DNA from: Thermodesulfobacteriota bacterium
GTDB taxonomy: Bacteria > Desulfobacterota > Binatia > Bin18
Length of the DNA: 64,000 nucleotides
Direction: 5' to 3'
Assembly: GCA_964291405.2 (NCBI GenBank)
Contig: OZ219926.1
Span: 1,920,001 to 1,984,000 of the forward strand
The position numbers and the translations under genes were made by a program. The notes under the pieces were generated by a model that was given only the letters and a program-made list of their open reading frames with translations, had not been told where the DNA came from and ran no database searches. The first letter of the stretch is position 1. Each line of letters starts with the position of its first letter. Positions 57,882 through 64,000 of this stretch are shown here, in pieces.

Positions 57882-60113
57882 ATGGAAATTGTTGGTTATG
57901 CCGATCAGTTCAGTGTCGCACCGGGGGAGACCGTTCGATTTCATGTGAGCTGTATGCAGCCCACCTACCAGGCCGACATTGTGCGTTTGATCCATGGCGA
58001 CCCCAACCCAAAGGGCCCGGGCTTCAAAGAGGAACTCGTTGCAACACCGGTCAGCGGCGAGTATCCGGGCCGTCGCCAGGATATCCACACCGGCTCACAC
58101 GTTCTCGTGCCCGATACGCCGCTGCTGGGTCTGCGCGACGGCTTCACCCTGCACGCCTGGATATATCCCACAACCCCACAAAAAGGTGTGCAGGGCATTC
58201 TCACCAAGTGGTCCGAGGCGGAAGGCGGCTATGGTCTGGTGCTCGACGAGGGTGGGGTCTTGGCCGTGTGGCTGACTGACCCGTCAGGGCGCACCGAGCA
58301 GGTACGGATCAATACCCCGCTCCGCTCCGTGGACTGGTATTTTGTGGCGGCCACGTTTGACACTCGCAGCGGTCAGATCGCCGTGTATCAGGAGCCGCTG
58401 CGCACGTGGCCACAGGACCAGACCCGGGCGACCGCAACGGCCACGACCCAACTCCAGGCCACCCCCACGACTCCGGTCGATTGCGTGATGGCCGGCCTGT
58501 GGCAGACGGGCGAGGACGGCGAGTCCCGCGTTGGCCGCCATTTTAACGGCAAGATCGACCGCCCGGGGGTGTTCCGGCGAGCCCTGAGTCGGGACGAGTT
58601 GCTCTCGCTCCAGCGCGGAGCCTCGCCGCTGGCCTTTGGCGATGATCTCGTCGCGGCCTGGGATTTTTCGGCCGAGGTTGCCTCCGACACCGTCATCGAC
58701 ACCTCACCCCACGGTTTACACGGCCGAGCGGTCAACATGCCCGCCCGGGCCATGACCGGTTATAACTGGAGCGGACAGGAGACGGATTTCCGCAATACTC
58801 CACACGAGTACGGCGCGATTCATTTTCATGACGACGACCTTGAAGACGCCGGCTGGCAGGTCGATTTTAGCTGGACGCTGCCGGTCGAGTGTCGAAGCGG
58901 GGTGTATGCCGCGCGCCTGCGGACCGAGGGCGGCGAAGACCACATTCCGTTTTTTATCCGTCCGCCACGGGGCCGGGCCACCGCGGACATTGCCTTCCTG
59001 GCCCCGACCAACAGTTATCTGGCTTATGCCAACGAGCAACTCACCACCCTGCCGCCGGCACTGTTTCCCAATCGAAAGCAGGGCGAGCTTGCACCGGACG
59101 ACCACTACATCAGAGAGAACCACTTGCTGAGCCTGTACGACAGTCATGCCGATGGCAGCGGGGTGTGTTATTCCAGCCGTCTGCGGCCCATCATCAATAT
59201 GCGCCCGCGCTACCACATGCGGGCGCTCAACTGCCCCCATCAGCTTCCCGCGGACCTGCACCTGATCGACTGGCTCGAGGCCAAGGGCCACGCCTATGAC
59301 GTGATTACCGACGAAGACCTGCATGCCGAGGGCCTGGACCTGCTCGCCCCGTACAAGGTCATCATCACCGGCAGCCATCCCGAGTACTGGTCCGGGCCGA
59401 TGCTGGACGCTTTGGAAACCTATCTGAACACCGGCGGGCGGCTGATGTATTTGGGCGGCAACGGGTTTTACTGGATCACCTCGTTTGCTCCCGGTCGCCC
59501 CCACGTGGTTGAGGTTCGACGCCGGGTCGGCACCCGGAGCTGGCATGCCAGGCCCGGCGAATACCACCACAGCACCACCGGCGAACCCGGCGGCCTCTGG
59601 CGGGACCGGGGCCGAACACCCCAGCGCCTGGTCGGTGTCGGTTTCACCACCCAGGGCTTTGATAACAGCGCGCCATACGAGCGTAAGTCCGACAGCTTTG
59701 ATCCGCGTGCGGCGTTTATTTTTGAGGGGATTAGCGACGAAGAAGCCATTGGCGACTTCGAGTCCCTGGTCCTCAACTACGGGGCGGCCGGTTTCGAGTT
59801 GGACCGGGCCGAACGTTCCCTGGGAACACCGGCCCACGCCCTGGTGTTAGCCTCCTCCTCCGGCCATTCGGACTCCTATCAGCATGTGATTGAAGAGGTC
59901 TTGCTGAGCGACTCGCAACAGGGCGGCACCGTCAATCCCAGGGTCCGGGCCGATATGGTGTATTTTGAATACCCCCAGGGTGGAGCAGTTTTTTCGGCCA
60001 GTTCTATCGCCTGGGACGGAGCCTTGTCTCACAACCAGTATGAGAACACCGTCTCGCGCATTACCGATAACGTCCTGCGCCGCTTCGCCGCCGAGGGGCC
60101 GCTGAGCGAGTGA
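57882..60113 (+). CDS. N,N-dimethylformamidase large-subunit-like protein (second copy)
   Basis: VRLIHGDPNPKGPG, AIHFHDDD, YLAYANE, HPEYWS, YLGGNGFYW. Confidence 0.88.
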   Translation: MEIVGYADQFSVAPGETVRFHVSCMQPTYQADIVRLIHGDPNPKGPGFKEELVATPVSGEYPGRRQDIHTGSHVLVPDTPLLGLRDGFTLHAWIYPTTPQKGVQGILTKWSEAEGGYGLVLDEGGVLAVWLTDPSGRTEQVRINTPLRSVDWYFVAATFDTRSGQIAVYQEPLRTWPQDQTRATATATTQLQATPTTPVDCVMAGLWQTGEDGESRVGRHFNGKIDRPGVFRRALSRDELLSLQRGASPLAFGDDLVAAWDFSAEVASDTVIDTSPHGLHGRAVNMPARAMTGYNWSGQETDFRNTPHEYGAIHFHDDDLEDAGWQVDFSWTLPVECRSGVYAARLRTEGGEDHIPFFIRPPRGRATADIAFLAPTNSYLAYANEQLTTLPPALFPNRKQGELAPDDHYIRENHLLSLYDSHADGSGVCYSSRLRPIINMRPRYHMRALNCPHQLPADLHLIDWLEAKGHAYDVITDEDLHAEGLDLLAPYKVIITGSHPEYWSGPMLDALETYLNTGGRLMYLGGNGFYWITSFAPGRPHVVEVRRRVGTRSWHARPGEYHHSTTGEPGGLWRDRGRTPQRLVGVGFTTQGFDNSAPYERKSDSFDPRAAFIFEGISDEEAIGDFESLVLNYGAAGFELDRAERSLGTPAHALVLASSSGHSDSYQHVIEEVLLSDSQQGGTVNPRVRADMVYFEYPQGGAVFSASSIAWDGALSHNQYENTVSRITDNVLRRFAAEGPLSE

Positions 60114-60282
60114 GGTAGGCTGAGAGGAGGCGTGTGGCTAATGGGAAAAGAAGGCCGTGCGTTTAAGATGTGAATAAAGTGGCATTTAGAGATCAGCAGT
60201 AGTCGTGTCAGCAGGAAGAAGCTTGAACCATTTACATGGTTGTAGCGTGGACACTAAACGGTAGCATCGTCACTGGCGCTCT

Positions 60283-61443
60283 CTATTGAACAAGCTGTCG
60301 ACTTACTATCAGCCAAGACTCATAGGCCACTCCATCATCCGCAAGGACTGCCTTTGGTCGCGCTTTTATGGGATCAGCGCTTACCGCAATACGTTCGATG
60401 ACGGCATTGCGAGTTTCATCAGATAGACTCTTCCACCAATCAGGTTCCATGTGAACGTTTTCGCAATGTGTGAAAAAGAACCGTAACAACGCAGCCGTTA
60501 CGAACTCATCCGGTATTGCCTTCAAACTCTCAACGAATGCACGGCAGGTCCGGTCGCTCTCCGCTAACCAGGAGAACGCCACGGCACCACGTTCTCCTCC
60601 ATGGAATGAAGTAAAACAGAGGAGATCCGGGGTATTTCGGATATCTGCAACATCTTGCAGTTCAACGCCTCCGAAATCTTGCTCGGGATAGACCGCCCCG
60701 CTACACATGACAGGAGGTGCAGTCTCGAATTCAATGATATACGCTTGGACGGTTTTGTATTCCTGGCTTTCGAGAAGTCCATCGTATAGTGATTTGTAGT
60801 GGTCTGTGTCCCGGAGGGCTGCTTCAAGACCAATATTGTGAAGTTGAGCCATCGATTGAATCTGGACCTGTTCCGCGAAAGTCTTTCCTTTATCCATGTC
60901 TCGATATAATCCCCGGAGTCTATTTGCAGCACGTTTTGTATAAAACTCCCTGACTAGGGCGCGATAGCCGAGTAAGAAGCATTGCTCCGGTGTACCGCAG
61001 AACGGTTGCTGCTCCAGAGGTGCAAAAATGGCGCTGTCATGATGAGCGCAGAATCCCGTAAATGTCGAAGCCTTCTGAATACCAAAGAGTTTTGGAACGA
61101 GTTTACCCTGGTTCTTCCTCAGATTCTCTGGACTTGGATCAAAGGAGTAGACGTGCCCGTTCCGCGCGATCTGTTCAAGACTCCCGGATTTTGGCACGGT
61201 ATGGGCTCTGGAGATTGGGCCCTTACACTCGTTCTGCCACGCTTCCGGCACCAGGCATGTCTTGACGGAAAACGCTTGCTTGAATTTCTTAGAAGCCTCC
61301 CAAGGCTGTATCGGAGTCTGTATCTCTCGGTCTAGGTGGCAACGTTTATACTTCTTCCCTGATTCGCACCAGCAGGGATCGTTACGGCCGAGCCTTCCTT
61401 GTCTTTGACGAGGTATTCGTCGTTTCTTTTGGTTAGCGGCCAT
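60283..61443 (-). CDS. SEC-C motif-containing protein
   Basis: GRNDPCWCESGKKYKRCH; second Cys/His set (C, AHT, FCAHHD). Confidence 0.8.
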   Translation of the reverse strand: MAANQKKRRIPRQRQGRLGRNDPCWCESGKKYKRCHLDREIQTPIQPWEASKKFKQAFSVKTCLVPEAWQNECKGPISRAHTVPKSGSLEQIARNGHVYSFDPSPENLRKNQGKLVPKLFGIQKASTFTGFCAHHDSAIFAPLEQQPFCGTPEQCFLLGYRALVREFYTKRAANRLRGLYRDMDKGKTFAEQVQIQSMAQLHNIGLEAALRDTDHYKSLYDGLLESQEYKTVQAYIIEFETAPPVMCSGAVYPEQDFGGVELQDVADIRNTPDLLCFTSFHGGERGAVAFSWLAESDRTCRAFVESLKAIPDEFVTAALLRFFFTHCENVHMEPDWWKSLSDETRNAVIERIAVSADPIKARPKAVLADDGVAYESWLIVSRQLVQ

Positions 61444-61482
61444 CGCTGTAGTAGGTGAGTAAGGTTTCTCTTGGAGGGGCGG

Positions 61483-61893
61483 TCAGGGTTTGATCGAATG
61501 TCGTTCCACGTAGCTGAGCGCCGCGCGGGCGAGAAAGCCCGAGCGCGTTTCTCCTTCGCGGGCGGCAGCTTCGTCCACGATCGCCAGCACCCGCGCCGGT
61601 ATGGTGATATTGACTCGTTTGGCCTTGCTCGACAGCTTTGAGATATCAACCGATACGAGTGCCCAGGTTCCGCCTCTGAATTCCTTGTTGGTGCGGTGAG
61701 CTTCCAGCGGTGCTTGCTCGGGAATCGTTTCCCCATCCATCAGCAGCCCTTCAAGATGGCAAGTAATGGCTTCGTGTGTCGAGTCGATGGCTTCGTCCAG
61801 AGAGTCGCCAGCCGAAAAGCAACCGGGTAGATCGGGCACGGTGACACCGTAGCCGCTATTACGGTCTTTATGGATAACGATTGGAAAACGCAT
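61483..61893 (-). CDS. hicB: HicB antitoxin
   Basis: YGVTVPDLPGCFSAGD, KRVNITIP. Confidence 0.92.
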   Translation of the reverse strand: MRFPIVIHKDRNSGYGVTVPDLPGCFSAGDSLDEAIDSTHEAITCHLEGLLMDGETIPEQAPLEAHRTNKEFRGGTWALVSVDISKLSSKAKRVNITIPARVLAIVDEAAAREGETRSGFLARAALSYVERHSIKP

Positions 61894-62087
61894 CAGCGAT
61901 CCTCCCATTTCCAGTCGGCCTGTCGAAAGATGTTGCGCAGTGTCCCGATTGGAATATCCTTTGTCGGATGCTTGACCGTCACCCGTCCAGACTTTTGGGG
62001 GTGAACGAACTGGTGGTGGCTCCCCTTGGTGTTCCGCACTACCCACCCCTCTCGCTTGAGCTTCCGAATGATATCCCCGCTGGTCAT
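61893..62087 (-). CDS. hicA: HicA toxin
   Basis: GW......GSHHQFVHP..SGRVTVKHP.KDIPIGTL. Confidence 0.92.
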   Translation of the reverse strand: MTSGDIIRKLKREGWVVRNTKGSHHQFVHPQKSGRVTVKHPTKDIPIGTLRNIFRQADWKWEDR

Positions 62088-62218
62088 GCTTATTGCAATG
62101 TGTATAGTACGCATTGCCCGAAGCTTGTCAAACTCTCTGCCGATCCGCCCGAAGATTGACAGCCGGCGCGTCGGCAGGATAAGGGCTTGCAGATAGGGCT
62201 GTGCCCAAAGGGGGGAAT

Positions 62219-62767
62219 ATGGAGCAGGGTGTCCACACCGACCAGACGGCCGAGCCGTTGCTCGCCTTTACCGCCAAAGCGGTCGAGATGATCAGGCACG
62301 CCATGCGGCTGAAGGGCCTACGGGACGGTGGCATTCGGATGACGGTCGCGGGCGGCGGCTGCAAGGGCTTCCAGTACAGCCTGAACCTTGAGCGGACCGC
62401 GCAAGCGGACGATACGGTGGTCGTACAGGACGGGATCAAAGCCTTCCTCGACCCGAACAGTGCCCAACATCTCCAGGGAACGCGGCTGGATTATGTCACC
62501 AATCGTCAGGGTACCGGATTTCATTTTTTCGGGATGGAGTCGTCCCGGACCATTGGCTGTCGGTCTACGGTTCTGCTGCGGTGGTGTATCGAAAACAACA
62601 CCCGGACCGAGGGCTGCATCCAGTGCGCCAAGCGCCCGCTGATGGACATAGACCTGGAGGCGGCGACACAGTTTGTGGACAGCAGACAGAGCATCTCCCA
62701 TCCCGGTCTGCGCCCGATGCAGCTGTGTGAGAAGTGCCACTATGTCATCTGTCAGTGTGATAATTAG
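62219..62767 (+). CDS. Atypical IscA/HesB-family Fe-S carrier with a Cys-rich C-terminal extension
   Basis: FTAKAV, GGGCKGFQY, LQGTRLDY; the canonical CGCG motif is degenerate. Confidence 0.75.
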   Translation: MEQGVHTDQTAEPLLAFTAKAVEMIRHAMRLKGLRDGGIRMTVAGGGCKGFQYSLNLERTAQADDTVVVQDGIKAFLDPNSAQHLQGTRLDYVTNRQGTGFHFFGMESSRTIGCRSTVLLRWCIENNTRTEGCIQCAKRPLMDIDLEAATQFVDSRQSISHPGLRPMQLCEKCHYVICQCDN

Positions 62768-63132
62768 ATTTGGAGCCCCGGCCACTTCGAGAATTCCGTA
62801 TAGGTCCAGTCCGTCGCGATTTTCCCATCGCGGCAGGTGAGTACGGCGCAGAAGGGCAGTTGCCAATTCGCGCCCTGGTCCGGGTCGAGTAGCACGGCTT
62901 CGACCACGACAACGTTTCCGGCTGCGTGCTTGCGGTCAACCCGCATCTTTCGTTGTGGGGCGGCCTGGAGGACCTGCCGTTCAATTTGGATGAGCTGTTC
63001 GTGCCCGCGAATAAAGCCCCCGTTCACTTCGCAGTCAGGGGTGTAGACCTCAAAGACAAAGCGTTCGATGTCGTTGTTGTACATATCCTCATACGCCTGG
63101 GCGACTGCAAGACTGCTTTCTTCCTGTGTCAT
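62764..63132 (-). CDS. SnoaL/NTF2-like protein
   Basis: YNNDIERF..Y.PD, GNVVVVE, RDGKI..DWTY. Confidence 0.75.
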   Translation of the reverse strand: MTQEESSLAVAQAYEDMYNNDIERFVFEVYTPDCEVNGGFIRGHEQLIQIERQVLQAAPQRKMRVDRKHAAGNVVVVEAVLLDPDQGANWQLPFCAVLTCRDGKIATDWTYTEFSKWPGLQI

Positions 63133-63300
63133 CTTTCCCTCCTTTGGAATGCCGACAATTTGAAGATGCAAACGACCATTTGTCAAGGACAGAAATTCCT
63201 CCCTCGGTCTCCTTTGCCCAGGGAAGGCCAGTTGTGATATGGGTAGGGCGCCTATGTGGCCGCTCAGGCCGCTACTGAACAAATCTGGGAAGGGGAAAGT

Positions 63301-64000
63301 ATGGGCGTATTATCTGGATATAAAGTTGTTGAATTCGCGGGCATCGGGCCTGCTCCAATGTGTGCGATGCTGCTCTCGGATATGGGAGCGGAGGTGCTGC
63401 GTATAGACCGGGCCGAAGATGCCGACCTCGGCGTGCCGACCGACGCCAAGTTCAACCTGCTCGGGCGCGGGCGCCGCTCGGTTGCGATTGACCTCAAGAA
63501 ACAGGAGGGGACGGAGGCGGCGCTCAAGCTGATCGAGCAGGCTGACGCGCTCATCGAGGGCTTCCGGCCCGGGGTGATGGAACGGCTGGGACTCAGCCCC
63601 GAGGTGTGTATGGCCCGCAACCCCCGCCTGGTCTTTGGGCGCATGACCGGTTGGGGCCAGGAGGGACCGCTGGCCAACGCGGTTGGTCATGACATTAACT
63701 ATATTGCCCTGATTGGGGCACTGCATTCGATTGGGCGTAAAGGCGAAGCGCCAGTGCCGCCCCTGAATCTGGTTGGTGACTTTGGCGGCGGCGGAGTCTT
63801 CCTGGCGCTGGGCGTGGTCGGTGCCCTGCTGGAAACCCAGAAGTCGGGCAAGGGTCAAGTCATTGACGTGGCCATGATCGATGGCGCGGCGTCGCTGATG
63901 ACCGCCATCTACGGTCTGCGCGCGGCCGGCAAGTGGACGGACAACCGTGGAGAAAACATTCTGGATACAGGCGCGCATTACTACAATGTGTATGAGACCA
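63301..64000 (+). CDS. CaiB/BaiF CoA-transferase (alpha-methylacyl-CoA racemase-like), runs off the window end
   Basis: [35 protein letters not shown]; absent from the ORF track because no stop lies in the window. Confidence 0.92.
   Translation, partial: MGVLSGYKVVEFAGIGPAPMCAMLLSDMGAEVLRIDRAEDADLGVPTDAKFNLLGRGRRSVAIDLKKQEGTEAALKLIEQADALIEGFRPGVMERLGLSPEVCMARNPRLVFGRMTGWGQEGPLANAVGHDINYIALIGALHSIGRKGEAPVPPLNLVGDFGGGGVFLALGVVGALLETQKSGKGQVIDVAMIDGAASLMTAIYGLRAAGKWTDNRGENILDTGAHYYNVYET

Overview
GC-rich bacterial chromosomal window. The gene content (many SDRs, luciferase-like monooxygenases, amidohydrolases, DMFase-like proteins, a DUF1329-like protein and a PPC-repeat secreted protein) suggests a Binatota-like, possibly sponge-associated organism; this is inference only. 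About 45 catabolic or housekeeping genes are interspersed with about seven type II toxin-antitoxin (TA) pairs and several REP-type palindromes. The main find is a ~4.5-kb island (45595-50142) that splits a HigA-like gene between 32-bp imperfect direct repeats. It carries a promoter, a solitary Cas7/RAMP-like gene (48941-49654, minus strand) whose 3' end runs through a 15-unit GGC-NN pentamer array (48974-49049), and a translationally coupled 870-aa secreted protein. There is no other cas gene and no CRISPR array, so this is a candidate minimal RNA-guided (VIPR-like) system. Other highlights are two TA cassettes flanked by ~30-bp duplications of the neighbouring gene's 3' end (selO and an EthD gene), a GrdB/PrdB-like selenoprotein read through UGA with a SECIS-like hairpin, and an atypical IscA/HesB protein. 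All family calls come from motif recognition by eye, not from database searches.
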